Numbered from the stretch's first letter, positions 40,749 through 53,943 are shown. The stretch is DNA of 64,000 nt from Antedon mediterranea (GCF_964355755.1 NC_092670.1:10402795-10466794); one strand, 5' to 3'. Program-made: numbers and translations. The notes: a model not told the origin generated them from the sequence alone.

Positions 40749-40979
40749 TATAGTAACACCTTCAGGCCACAGTGTCCCCTTAATAGGAGTGTCCTTTAAA
40801 TAGGATTTGGCTAAAATGTTAAAACATATTACCTTTCATTTCTTTCATGAGAAATTGTCCCCTTAATAGGAGTGTCCTTTAAATTAGATTTGGCTATAAT
40901 GTTAAAACATATTGCCATTTATTTATTGCACGAGAAAGTGTGTTATTAGGGGTGTTGAAATGGTGGGCCTTCTACTGTA
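40749..40979. mobile_element. degenerate Tc1/mariner-pogo-type MITE
   Basis: TA(T)AGTAACACC ... CTTCTACTGTA ends; internal duplicated GTCCCCTTAATAGGAGTGTCCTTTAAAT. Confidence 0.4.
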
Positions 40980-41752
40980 GTATGGTTTCACGTTGAAAGA
41001 TATAGAAAAATTGCAGTCCCATATACCTTATCTCGCTTCTAAATAAATAATATCAATAATAATATTTAGAATATGTAAATATCCTTGTAATTTAGCTTTG
41101 GCTGCGATGACGATAGGCCTATTTGAAATAAATTAAATGAATGGAAAAAAATAAAATGAATAATGATTTTAAAGCATAAGCCAGCAATATGCCTGTATAT
41201 GTTACACAAATTAATCCTCTAGCCAATTATCCGTCATATAAGGGAATAAATTTCAATTGTAATGAACTCTGATTAAATGAACTTCTACATAAAATCAATG
41301 TTTAATTTTATGTCAGAGCTACGTGCCGAAAAATAAATTTGCGACTACATAAATTCTAGCAGATCGTGATTAGATTAGCCCTTTGAGGTAAACAAGTGGA
41401 GAAAAGTAACTTGTATTCTCATTCAAAGACCAACTACCAAGAGAAACATAATAACAATCGCCAAATTGTAAACCTGGTTTAATGAATGCCGAGCTGGATG
41501 AAGTGATTTTGTCCGTTTTGCGTAAACAAAGAATTAAAGATGGTTTTAGTCGCGGATAATGTCTTTATTTTTACTTTGAATTTAAGCATCGAGCAAGGAA
41601 AGGCTTAAATAATATATAGATGTTTTTATTTACAACGTCTGCGAGATTGAAAAGTCGGCGAGTCCATTTTAGCCTTAAAGCAACACGTAGAGAAAAGAAC
41701 AAATTAATGAATAAACCATGGCGTATTACACCATACAAACAAAGTCGATTAA

Positions 41753-41897
41753 ACCTATGTCTACACTATCAAACTCGTTTGACAAAAAAAGTGATATATA
41801 TGGCAGATATATGCCCAAGTATGGTATTGATATGACATCATCATGTCCATATATGGTCACATGTTGTCACATCAAGTTTGAGAGTGTGGACAGAGCT
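41753..41897. mobile_element. Harbinger-type MITE (145 bp)
   Basis: ACCTATGTCTACACTATCAAACT / AGTTTGAGAGTGTGGACAGAGCT imperfect 23-bp TIR; TAA/TCA flanks. Confidence 0.55.
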
Positions 41898-41907
41898 TCA
41901 GTCCTAC

Positions 41908-41934
41908 CATGGAGAAATAAGTTATTTCTCCATG
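41908..41934. mobile_element. 27-bp perfect palindrome with a 7-bp direct duplication (P-element-type mini-element or excision footprint)
   Basis: GTCCTAC|CATGGAGAAATAA-G-TTATTTCTCCATG|GTCCTAC. Confidence 0.65.
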
Positions 41935-44900
41935 GTCCTACTGTGTTATGTTCTAATGTATCTATACTATACAAGTTTGTTTATTACACCGACGTGGATG
42001 TGATGCTGAGACTGAGAATATAATTGTTTTTGGTCCAGAATAAATGTTCATCTTAAATCCTCGTGTTTAAAATTGCTATTGTTATTATAAAAATATAACC
42101 ACTTTGCAACATTAATTTCAAGCTCAGTTGTTTTTTTTTGTTGAAAATATTTATATTTCGTAATACAGGTAAATAGTATAGAAACTAAACTCGAAGCTAC
42201 CCTTTAATAAATCGATGCTCAAAAACATCGCTCATATTTTATTTAAATCACGCAAATTGCGTCATCGGTATTATAACAACTTCGGTTAATTTTTTTCCGA
42301 TACTGTTTTATCATAAACCACAAACACGGCATATTGATAATGATAAATGAAAACTTATATAGCGCCGGTATCCTCCACCCATGTGGCGCTCATGGCGCTT
42401 TGTGCATTAACAACGTGCGAGAACATCAGCGAATAGCGACGTCTTTAGGTTGGTCTTGAAACTGTTTAGACTAGTTGAGCATTTAACTGTTGCTGGTAAG
42501 CTGTTCCATACACTTGCGGCCGCAACGTAAAAAGATCTCTGACCCCACTGATTTTTCGCTCTACGCTCTTGAAGAAGGTTTTGTGACAATGATCGTAGGC
42601 CTCTGCGGGATGATTCGTAACGATCCACAAGGTCAGATAAATAAGCAGGAGCACTGTCATTTAGGATCTTGAATACAAACAACGCAAGTTTGTACTTAAT
42701 ACGTTGTTGAACAGGCAACCAATGCAAATCCATCAGGACAGGAGTTATGTGAGCGTTTGATTTTGTATAAGTTACAATTCTAGCTGCCATATTTTGCAAG
42801 CGCTGCAAACGTTGTATTTGAGATTTTGGTATGCCAAACAACAAGGCATTACCAATGTCAATTTTAGAAGTGACAAATGAGTGTACAATCAATTCAGCTG
42901 TTTTCTTGTTAAGATTACCGCGAATACGACCAAGGTTCCTAATCGATATGCATGCTGCTTTGGATACAGTTGTTATTTGTGCTTCCATAGTGAGATTACT
43001 ATCCAGCATGATTCCCAGATTCCGGACCACCGATGAGGGAGCGATGTTAGAGTTTCCGATTCTGATATGTGTGATGTTGATTTTGGAGATGTTACATTTA
43101 GACCCGACGATAATAAACTCTGTCTTTCCATCATTCAACTTTAGGTAATTTGTTGTCATCCAATTGCGAACATCTTCTATACAGGCTTCCATCTTACTGA
43201 TTGCTGCAGCAACATCCCTTTGCACTGGATTTACTGACACATAAATCTGTGTATCATCTGCATAGAAATGGAAATATAGACTGTGTTTGCGAATAATGTC
43301 ACCAAGGGGAAGCGTATAAATGGAAAAATGGCCAGGCCCAATTACTGACCCCTGTGGTACACCATATTCCAGGCAAGCTTCATCTGAGAATGCATCATTG
43401 ATACAGACTAGCTGACGTCTTCCTGTAAGATATGACTGGAACCAGTTAAGAGCAACACCATTTATGCCAATGCGATTTCTCAGACGGGTTATCAGTCTTT
43501 GGTGATCAACTGTATCAAACGCTGCTGACAAATCCAACAACACCAATAGCGTTATTTTCCCATCATTCATTCCTTGTAACAAATCATTCTGTACCTTTAA
43601 AAGGGAACTCTCCGTGCTATGACATGCACGATATGCCGACTGGTAATTCTCATTTAAATTATGCTTTTGAAGATATGGAGTAATGCGTGATGTCACTACA
43701 CGCTCCAGAGTCTTTCCAAGAAAAGAAAGATTCGACACCGGGCGGTAATTTTTGAGCGTGTTATGATCCAAGTTTTGCTTTTTTATTAAAGGACGAACGT
43801 GAGCAATTTTCAGTTCATCTGGCACTATGCCGGTATTAAGAGAATGGTTAATGATTTCCGTTATTATTGGAACGACTGCGTCTATACACTTCTTCAGTAT
43901 AGAAGTAGGAACTTGATCTAACCTGCATGATTTTGTTGGTGATTTCATCAGAATGTTGCGGATCTCATCTTGAGATGCTGGTGTAAATGTTGTGAGATGC
44001 TGATGAACAGCTGTCACAGGCTCATTAAATGACATGTCATCAATCTTGAAGTCGTCTCTGATGATCTTGATCTTGTCTGTGAAAAACTGACAGAAACTGT
44101 TCGCAAGATCTAAGTCAGAAAGACTATCTGGGAGAGGTGATACCTGGCGATGATGAAGGAGTTGGTTAACAATTTTAAAAAGTCCTTTCTGATCTGCTGC
44201 ATGTTCTTCACACAAGCCAATGTAGTAGTTGGCCTTTGCCTTTTTTACCATGGAATTTACATTCCTCTTCTGTGCAATGTAAGCTTGACGATCTATTTCC
44301 AGATGAGAGATTCTCCATTTCTTTTCAAGCTTACGCTTTGTTCTTTTCTCAGCATAGATGTCACTGTTATACCAACTAGTGTTTGGTCGGACCTTTACTG
44401 TTCTCTTTTTCGGTGGTGCGTGTTTGTCAAGAAGTTCACTCAAAGTGGTGACATATAGTCGTACTTTACTTGATAAATCAAGATTTGAGAGCGAAGTTCC
44501 GAGATCAGACTGTGTGATATCTTTACATAATGTCTCAAAATTTATAGCATTCCAATGACGAGTTTCGATGGATTTAGTGATTACGGGTGGCTTCTTAATA
44601 AAGGAGATTACATGTGATTGCATAGTGATCTGATATACCATCAATGACATTAAGGTTTGAGAAAACAGGAGGATCAGATGAACGAGTGATCAGCAAGTCT
44701 AATGTATGACCATGTCGGTGTGTAGGTGTAGACACATGCTGTTGAAGACTGCTTGCTACAAGTAGATTCCGAAAATGAATTGCATCTGCATCATTTGGCA
44801 TATCCACATGGATGTTAAAGTCTCCAACGAATAGTATGGGAGCCGGCTTCAATACATAGTGATCAACCAAAGTTGAGAATTCTTCAGTGAAAACATTTAG

Positions 44901-45131
44901 ACTGCAACCCGTTGATTTGCTTTGAGGACGATATACTGCTACGAGGAAAACTGAGGATGCATTGCTGACTATTTCCACATTTAGCAGTTCAAATGATTTT
45001 GGTAATAATCCCGTGTCATAACATTTAACCGCTATGCTTTCCTTGTAAAGAAGTGCAACTCCACCACCTCTTTTAGTACCAGCACGGGGAGCATGTTTGA
45101 GAGAGTATCCGTTGGGTTTAATATTTCCTAT

Positions 45132-47185
45132 GGAGTATGGTCGAAGCGGCCGCCAACCAAAGCGGCCGCCAGTTTAATATCGTCATTTGTATGGAACGCC
45201 ATGTGCGCTTTAATCTTTGATGGTCGTTGTCAACGCCATGGCCTATGGCGAGTTGAGTTACAGCTGTGTGTATGGTCAAACCAATAAATATAAGCCAAAT
45301 CATGTACTATCGAATCTTTATATTTCTATAATAATTAAGTTTGCCTGCGGATAAATCAATGTATATTTTATTTGTATTTTAATATTAATAACTAACTAAA
45401 TATATTTACATTATATATTATCGAATCATTAATAATTTACGTTTGCATCATAATCTACATACTATTGGACCTCTATGTCTCATTTATTACGTACTATTTA
45501 TTTATTTGTTTATTTTATCCTCTTGACCCGACGTTTCTTGAGCACTCTCCTATCGAATCTTTATACAGTATTGCATTAATAATTTACGTACGGTATTGGC
45601 GAATATTTATATCTCATTTACATACTATCGAATCTTTATACAGTATTGCATTAATAATTTACGTACGGTATTGCTGAATCCTTGTATCTCATAGAATCTT
45701 TTTACAGTATTGCAATAATAATTTACGTACGGTATTGCCGAATTATATCTCATTTACATACTATCGAATCTTTATACAGTACTGCATTAATAATTCATGT
45801 ACGGTATTGCCGAATCTTTATATCTCATTTACATCAAATCTTTATACAGTATTGCAATAATAATTTACGTACGGTATTGCCGAATCTTTATATCTCATTT
45901 ACATCAAATCTTTATACAGTATTGCATTAATAATTCATGTACGGTATTGCCGAATCTTTATATCTCATTTACATCGAATCTTTATACAGTATTGCAATAA
46001 TAATTTACGTACGGTATTGCCGAATATTTATATCTAATTTACATCAAATCTTTATACAGTATTGCATTAATAATTCATGTACGGTATTGCCGAATCTTTA
46101 TATCTCATTTACATCGAATCTTTATACAGTATTGCATTAATAATTTACGTACGGTATTGCCGAATATTTATATCTCATTTACATCGAATCTTTACAGTAT
46201 TGCATTAATAATTTACGTACGGTATTGCCGAATATTTATATCTCATTTACATCGAATCTTTACAGTATTGCATTAATAATTTACGTACGGTATTGCCGAA
46301 TCTTTATATCTCATTTACATCGAATCTTTATACAGTATTGCAATAATAAGTTACGTACGGTATTGTCGAATATTTATATCTCGTTTACACTGTACTATCG
46401 AATTTTGGTTTTTATTATTAGTAATAGGGTGTGTTATACATTTAAGTGTTATTCCATTGTAATACATTGTTTGTGTTTTCAATGAAGCAACGTGAAGACG
46501 AAAACGCGACCTTCTACAGCACTATTCCTGGCCGGCCGCCAGTCGAGTTATTGGCAGAAATTCACGTAATTAATTACCGTACCGTACAGGCACTTGCGTC
46601 TTATTTTAGTACAGGTATTTAAAACTAATTTTAAATTGATCAATATTTATATATCTGAAGGTATAAAACAATTTAGGATATTAAATAAATAAATTGATGT
46701 CATCATGTTATTGTAATTAAATTATGTTTGCGAACACGTACTACTAACAGTAGTTACTTTACTAATATATTAATATACAATAACAAATATATATATTTTG
46801 ATTTGATATATTTTATTGAAAAAAATATATATATTATTCTTAATAATTGGCATATTATATATTATACAATAAAAACACCACAATGTTTTTTATTGACTTT
46901 ATTAAACATATATATCATTTAGAACAGTTAAAGTAAGTAATCATCGATTCGCCATTTCGTTTAAAAGAAGGTATCACATTCAATCTGTCAAAAAAGAGAA
47001 TATATTACATAATATTAATAATGTAAGTTGTTATTTACGTCCGAGGAAAAGAAAACCTGACGATCGAAACAATGACAATCAAAAATGACACAACAACGAC
47101 AATCAAAGCGCACACGGCGTTCCATACAAATTACCGTTATTGAACTAGCGGCCGCTTTGGTTGGCGGCCGCTTCGACCGTAATCC
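45132..47185. mobile_element. non-autonomous DNA transposon (2054 bp, Merlin- or Mutator-like) inserted in the L2
   Basis: 38-bp TIR GGA(G/T)TA(T/C)GGTCGAAGCGGCCGCCAACCAAAGCGGCCGC, weaker homology to about 100 bp; exact 8-bp TSD TTTCCTAT (45124-45131, 47186-47193). Removing it restores the L2 frame DTSVIGNIKPNGYSL. Confidence 0.88.
45545..46400. repeat. 70-bp tandem repeat (about 11-12 copies), partly as 140-bp dimers, inside the DNA transposon
   Basis: Unit ATCGAATCTTTATACAGTATTGCATTAATAATTTACGTACGGTATTGCCGAATCTTTATATCTCATTTAC; alternating TTTACGT and TTCATGT variants. Confidence 0.92.
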
Positions 47186-50100
47186 TTTCCTATAACTGAT
47201 GTGTCTTCTGGTTTAAGCCACGTTTCCGAAAGGGCAACAACATCCAGATTATGTTCGATAACGAAATCCACAAATTCTGTTGTTTTGTTCCGAACGGATC
47301 TTGTATTAATACTGCAAAATTTAATATTGTTTTTAGATAAGAGAGAGTTTGATGATAAGTCCAGAAATGATAGATTGTTTTTAGTGTGTTTGTCACGCCC
47401 AGCTCTTGTACCACGCCTGGTTTTTCTTTTTGGCCTCCTTGGTAATAGGTGGATACTACAGCTACTGGAGTTCAACTTAAAAGATTGTATAATTAAGCAA
47501 GATTCTTCAAGAAGTTCACAACTGTTATTGTTGTTGGTTACACAGCCCTGTAAACCATGAAGAAACTCAGAGCTATAGCTAATTAGCATGACAACAGCAG
47601 ATCTTCAAGCATGAGGTGTACAAGGTCATTTACATAACAATATGCACAGTCAGATTGAAAGTACAGGGCTAGCTTCCCACTGATGCTAGTAGACCATTGT
47701 TCTTGGGCAGTGATGAGTTTGAATTAAAACAATAAAGGCACAAGCAGGGCCTAGCTGAACTTCAGGAAACAACAAGAAAAACAACTGCGATTTACTCCAA
47801 GATACGATTATTTCCACATAAGAAATTTGTGAATATATGGTGCTCAATTTGCTATTCCAGCATCCAGTAAAACTTATTTGATGAAAAAAACCATCTGCAA
47901 ACAGATACGAAGTTGTTATGCACAGAGCAATATAGAGCCGCCACATGGGCGCTGCAACATTCCTCATTCCATATTGGCTGAGACAATTATTTTGATACTA
48001 CACAGAGACTTAAGAATAAGCATACAACATCATTTTCTGGCATGTTGGGAAAGAATGAATGGAACAAAGGTATAGGGTTGCTACTGTCATTCTCGCGTTC
48101 AAAAAATCGTTTTTAATTTCTATGCGCCCGTAAAATATGCCTCCATTATTTAGCGATGGTGGATTGTTGATATTGCTTTCACTGTCAAGGACAACATTTA
48201 AAAGACGCGCGCGTTCACATTCTGATGAATTTAATTTACCGCGCGTGTAAAAGAATTTTACAGACGTGCGCGTTCAAATGCTGATAAATTCGTTCGTTTG
48301 TACGCATGTATCTCCTTCTTGGTGTACAAGTTCACACCGTATAATCAGTTTTACTTGTACTGGATTGTATTCTTATGTAGTAAAACATTGCTATGAAACG
48401 CTAATTCGGTTTTTTGAAATGATAATAATGTTTTTGTTGTTGAAACCAGGTTGTTTATGCGTATTGCTGTTTCATTGATATTTCTTTAAAGAGTTTCTTT
48501 ACCTTCTAACATAACATTTTTCACCGTTGATTTTAGTTACGTAATAAATTTTATCGTTGAATGAAGGGTTGTCTGCTATGATCTTCGCGAAACGAAGTTT
48601 ACCTTAGATATAGAAGATGTTTCTTTTTCTCATTTGATGATCTATTTGTTGATGATCTGTCTCTGATTTCATAAGCTTCAAAATGAGCTCACTTTTTAGG
48701 TTGCAGATTCAATTATTTTCTCCGCTTCACGTGATCTACTTGTTAATGACTCCTTATGAACTACTTTTGAGGAAATTGCTTTACTTACAAAATCCTTGGT
48801 GGCGCTATTATTAATTACATGTGATAATATTGAAGAAAATAATAGATGATTTCTTAGATGATTTAGTTTGCGATAGACTGAAGTTAAAATAACACACCTC
48901 GGGCAGCAGGTAAGCGATTCATTTATTGTTACTGTTATAATGTATACAGGTGCATACTACTGTAGGCCTCCTAGTTCCCTTTGAAGTGGGCACTCAACAG
49001 CAAGTCCATAACAGTTAACCCTTTTTAGAGGACACCCATATTGTATGAATTGAAGGGAACACTTCGTTGGTCCCCAAAGGTGTTCTCATCATAATAGGGA
49101 TTCTCCTTATTTGCTATTTCATAACATTCAGTGACTTAACGGGAGACATAAAGTAGACGCGCGTGTACTAAAGTGACCTTAATTATTTTTGTCAGTTTTT
49201 GAGCGCGGGCGTCACATCATGGTTGCCAACAGCTCTTCGTTGGATACAGACGTAAAATAGACCTAAAATGATAAATTTCAATTCACAGAAACATCGAATG
49301 ATGTGATGGATGTATCGCAAGCATACTATTTTTATTTGTGCATACACCATGAAAACAATGATATATATATTTTTTATGTGTAATTTCTTCACGGTTTAAA
49401 GAGTTCCAAGCCGGGATTAGGAATATAGTCTTGGTTTCTCACTATGACGCAACGTAAGGACGTAAGCGCAAAACAAGTAATTCTCACTTTGGCGTTGCGT
49501 TCTGTGGGAAACAATTTGTGTATATTAAAAGTTTAGTTTTATATAATATATTTTTAATGTATAGGCCTATATATTTTTGTTTCAAAATCTTCAAATTGAA
49601 ACTCATTTAAAACTTGTTTTGCCCTTTTTTGTTTACAAAATCACTTTATTCGGGTTTATGTATTTATACACTGAGCATTTGAAAATATTTGAATTGACGC
49701 GTAATACTACTTGTTTGTCCATATTATTATTCAAGATATCCTAACCACTTATCAGATAGATGCACCCCAAGACACCCCCCTTTTCCCATTAACAAAATGT
49801 AAAACGTCGTAAGTCCCATTAACCCAAGTCTGACGTGCTCCTATGCTAAAAAGAAAGCAGATTTGGCTGATTTTCATCATGAAACACGTTAACACAGGAC
49901 CCCGTAGGCCTACATGAAGAAAAATTGGGTGTGATTTAAACCGGCCTTAAGCCTACTTTGTAAAGTTTAATCGAAATGAATTTGTACTTAAGGCATTGGA
50001 TTAATCATACCCATCTGGTTCCTTGCATCACATCTACTGTGTCGATAATTATCACTATCAAGGATTCTACATACTAAGTATTTTCTAATTCTCGGTACTG

Positions 50101-50525
50101 TGTCTAGATTTCTCCACAGTGTCATAACAATTCCGTAATACAGTGGTACATGTTTCACATGGTATCAAACCTACCCATGATACATTCACTAAAATGTGAT
50201 ACACATTAAACTCTGCATCATTTAAGGTTATAGTTAAAAGTGATGCTGTATATACGGTATTTAGACCTATATGCCTACTGTGAAAATATCGTAATATTAG
50301 GATATACAGAGGCCTACAGGGAATCCGGTCACTACGAGTCTCTTTAAATAATTTTCTGATTTATTCCACAACATATTGGTGTACTGAATAATGATGTCGA
50401 CTCTCTCATCTTATTAGGTACCTCAGTTGATTGCATATCATTCTCTATGGACAGTACATCAATTTCAAGCACTATAGATTAAAATTATTCTTATAATATT
50501 ATTATTTCTAACTTCCAATCATTAA

Positions 50526-50685
50526 AGCTTGGTTCCCACTAGGATGCAACACAAGCACGTAGACCCAACGCAAGCGAGTTGATGACCAATCACACGCGAC
50601 TATTCGAATAATTCATCGCTTGAGATTGGTCAAATCACTTGCGTTGCGTTACGTCTTAGCGTTGCGTCCTAGTGGGAACCAAGCT
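50526..50685. mobile_element. Harbinger-type palindromic MITE (160 bp); relatives at about 49427-49512, 51640-51735 and 53155-53585
   Basis: AGCTTGGTTCCCACTAGGA / TCCTAGTGGGAACCAAGCT TIR with TAA on both flanks. Confidence 0.85.
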
Positions 50686-50941
50686 TAATAGGCCTAATAT
50701 TGGTTTTTTGGGACCTTAGGGATAACAGTACGATAATGTATTTATTTATGATTAGGGTTGTATGCAAACGTTTCTCTTCTTGCAAGATCGACATTTCACG
50801 GAATTTTCCAGATACTAGAATCCAGCAAACTTCGTCATTGCAAGTTTTGGTAGAGTTTTTACATGTTGTAGAATAGACTTCGGGAAAACAAACAGATTAT
50901 GTGAGAATTGTGAATGATACCAAAATCAAATCTCTGGCATA

Positions 50942-51124
50942 AAGGCTGATTTAAACAGACGAGCGGTAACGGTAAGCGGACAAAACCGCGTAGCTTGTCC
51001 CACGTAGAATATGTATCTATCCTGAGCGGAAATCGCTCGTCCGCTCCGCGTTGTGTGTAAATGATAGATTCTATATTTTTATTACCGTTACCGCTCGTTT
51101 AAATGTGTAAGTGTAAATTGGCAT
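50942..51124. mobile_element. Harbinger-like MITE
   Basis: Inverted ACGAGCGGTAACGGTAA / TTACCGTTACCGCTCGT near both ends; TAA flanks. Confidence 0.5.
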
Positions 51125-51441
51125 TAAGGGACATACACACACACAGCGCTGGTTTTACAATGATTGGGACTGATGGTGATACGGATGATAAGAATGATGA
51201 CAACGGCGACTACTGCAACCAATAGAAAACTCGGTTGCTCGTTTATGAGACGATTAATCGTGTTCCGTAGATTACATGATCAGTGCAAGATTTATGACGG
51301 ATTTTGAAGCTTTCGATAGTGATCCGATAATCAACGTTGAACTACGCGGATGGTTTTATTTCGTAGTTTAAACAAACATAATTGAGCTCAAGTCCACGAA
51401 AAGATAATCTCATCGATATGCAAAATAAAGTGTTTTCAGTG

Positions 51442-51577
51442 CAGGGGCGTAACGACTAGCGCTCACTGGCTAAACCCAGGGGCTCCGGAGCTTATGGGGC
51501 CGGGGGACCATGAGCAGTGCCCAGAAGAAGAAAGAGTTTCTAAACCAGGGGCCTCAGGCCTCTGCCTTACGTCTCTG
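51442..51577. mobile_element. hAT-type MITE (136 bp)
   Basis: CAGGGGCGTAA / TTACGTCTCTG ends; 8-bp flanks TTTCAGTG / GTTCAGTG (7/8). Confidence 0.7.
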
Positions 51578-52866
51578 GTTCAGTGCGTACGTAAATGAAC
51601 GTGCGTGCAGTAGTCTACGTAGCAAACTACTCTGCTTTGAGCTTTGTTTCCACTGAGACGCGCGCAACGCAAGTGTGTCATCGCTTGTGATTGGCCAAAC
51701 ACTTATGCTGCGCTTACGTTCTTGCTTTGCTCTAGGATAGTTAAATAAAGCATTACTATTTAAACTTAGGTGTAATTTGCCCTGACCGTTTTGCTCTTTA
51801 GAAAGCCGCCCACTACAAAATTACGAATATTAATTAACTAAACTAAAGTAGATGAAAAGTGACACTAGACAGCTAGAAGTTTACCGTATGTATTTGTGTA
51901 GTTAACAGTAATTTAGATTGTAAACAACGAATTACAGTACTGGTTATATTTTACAAAGTTTAGAGAGTGATATGATGAGGCATGTGTTCGAGCCTGCTTG
52001 TGCCATATTGATTGCATCCTTAAGATACTTTACTCTCGTTGCCTTGTCATTCAGATCGGACGTAAAGTAGTTGGTCCCGTGTAAATATTATGTGCACGGA
52101 AAGAGTAGTGGATCGTCATCCTCTGCACTGTGACTGCCGTGGGTTCACGTAGGGACCTCAAGTAAGCTTGAGGACGATTACATTTACATTTTAGTTGATG
52201 AGCAGTTTCATAAATAGGCATATTTAATATGCAAGAAAAAAACAATAGACGTGCTTTCAATACGTGTATCTACTTCCTTCATAAACAATGTTTTTCAGCA
52301 AGAACGGTATTAGTAGCCTAATGAAATGCTCGTTATCACTTCGTATCTAATGTGTATACATTTCAGTATTTAGTTTTATACACAGACGTACTTTTGATGT
52401 ATATTGAAAATGATACTGGGATTTATCCGAGACAACAATATCGTTGTATCTGCTTTTATAAAAGCTTAATTTTCCATCAAATTATTTTTACGTTTCTTGT
52501 TCTGAAGGTACTATTTTCTCCTGTTCACACTCGGCGTCTACTTAAAAAAATCTGCACATATTTAAAATAACATAAGGACTACATTTGGCAAAATCAAAGT
52601 AAACTCAGTGAATCTACATGAATCGTTCTTTTTTTAAAACAAACCACAGACAAGCAAAGCAATCAGATTTAGACGATACACGTTTATTTTGATTTTCCAA
52701 ACTTAATATGCGTTACGTACTGTAAATCTGTCTTTAAAGTCAGTAGGTGCGTTTTAATTTCATTATAATTTTGTTATTATAGAATGGACGATAATGCTAC
52801 CTTTCCAGCCGCTGGAATCAACGACTATGACTTTCGTACGGGAACGATTATTACGACATAGTAAAC

Positions 52867-53127
52867 ATGTTAGACGTCGAACAGATCGCCATACCGTTTA
52901 CGTGGACGTTGTTCATTGTGGTTGGTTTAGGCTGTAACAGTCTTATCATTTACGTGGTGTGTAGGTTCGGTACAATGAGAACTGTTACTAACTGCTACAT
53001 TGTCAATATCTCAGTTACGGATATTATGTTTCTGGTGTTGTGTGCTCCCTTCACTATCTTCACGTATACAAAACATGTGTGGGTCTTTGGAAACGCGCTG
53101 TGTCGTATCGTTATGTATCTCATGCAG
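52867..53127 (+). CDS. KISS1R: kisspeptin-type (GPR54-like) neuropeptide GPCR, coding exon 1 (TM1-TM3); true start probably ATG 52784
   Basis: MRTVTNCYIVNISVTDIMFLVLCAPFT...WVFGNALCRIVMYLMQ resembles KISS1R ICL1/TM2; CAG|gtgtgt phase 0 donor. Confidence 0.85.
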
Positions 53128-53264
53128 GTGTGTTAATTCATTGTGCATATAACTTTTTTCCTACTTGGACCAACATGGTAATTTGACCAATCACTAGGCG
53201 ATGGATCTTCTGAATTTAATTACTTGTATCGGTAAACTCACTTGCGTTGTTGCGTCCAAGCTGA

Positions 53265-53443
53265 AGCGTGGTTCCCACTAGCGCCGCAACACAAGGACGT
53301 AACGCAACGAAAGTGAATTGACCAATCACAAGCGATGGCTTATTCGTTTGTGATTGCTAACTGTCTATAACTTCGCTTGTCATTGGTTAAAACGCTTGCG
53401 TTGCGTTTACGTCCTTGCATTACGTTCTAGTGAGAACCAAGCT
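53265..53443. mobile_element. Harbinger-type MITE (same family as 50526), flanked by two degenerate copies in GPCR intron 1
   Basis: AGCGTGGTTCCCACTAG ... CTAGTGAGAACCAAGCT. Confidence 0.75.
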
Positions 53444-53588
53444 TTAGTTCGTACTAGGACGTAACGAAAGGACGTGAATGCAACGCAAGCGAATCGACCA
53501 ATGATAAGCGACAGTTTCGTATAATTATGATTGGTCAAATTGACATCTTTGCTCTTACGTCGTTTCGTCGCGTCCTAGTGGGTTATAT

Positions 53589-53943
53589 GCGGCCGGGGAG
53601 CGATATTTCTTTTCCTACATAAGTTGGGGGCCACTCATGAAACGTCACAAAATAAACATGACTAGTTTAGTCATCATTAAGGTGTGACGTAAAAATTGAT
53701 CCAACTACAATTCAATAACAACAATACAAATGAAAACGCTTTCTGTCGAGGCGTCAAATGGATTAGAATATGAACTTTACATGTCAATGTATCGGGTTCG
53801 AATCCCACGAGCAACTTATTTTTACTTTATAGTGAGAGAAATTATTTAGAGGGCTAGGTTCAGTTATTAGGAAGTAGTTTGGCTATCTTTCACATAAGGG
53901 GTTCCCCAAATTATGTACGAAAAGAAAAATCGCGGCCGGGACG
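53589..53943. mobile_element. MITE with imperfect TIRs of about 50 bp enclosing a tRNA-like B box
   Basis: GCGATATTTCTTTTCCTACATAAGTTGGGG vs reverse complement GCGATTTTTCTTTTCGTACATAATTTGGGG; GGTTCGAATCCC at 53795-53806. Confidence 0.5.

Larger units (their letters stand above)
42333..47650 (-). mobile_element. L2-clade LINE (APE-RT), interrupted by a DNA transposon and one frameshift near 44600
   Basis: 47589-47186 N-terminus/APE (INTRSVRNK, ALSETWL); 45131-44595 APE (KRGGGVA, VYRP, GDFNIH, HTLDL, SDH); 44650-42407 RT (NYRPVSNL, LDLSAAFDTVDH, GVPQGS, YADDTQ, LHWLPV); L2-type 3' stem-loop AAGCGCC...GGCGCTATATAA. The 5' end is uncertain and may extend to about 48080. Confidence 0.92.

Noticed and set aside
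45545-46400. 70-bp array as a possible CRISPR array
   Set aside because: Units are contiguous near-identical repeats with no unique spacers, no cas genes, and a eukaryotic context.
48090-49212. Weak inverted match CGCGTTCAAAAA / TTTTTGAGCGCG as a MITE
   Set aside because: Too short and mismatched, with no TSD.
53740-53812. Possible tRNA gene (GGTTCGAATCCC)
   Set aside because: The B box is present but I could not fold a full cloverleaf; treated as a tRNA-derived remnant within a MITE.
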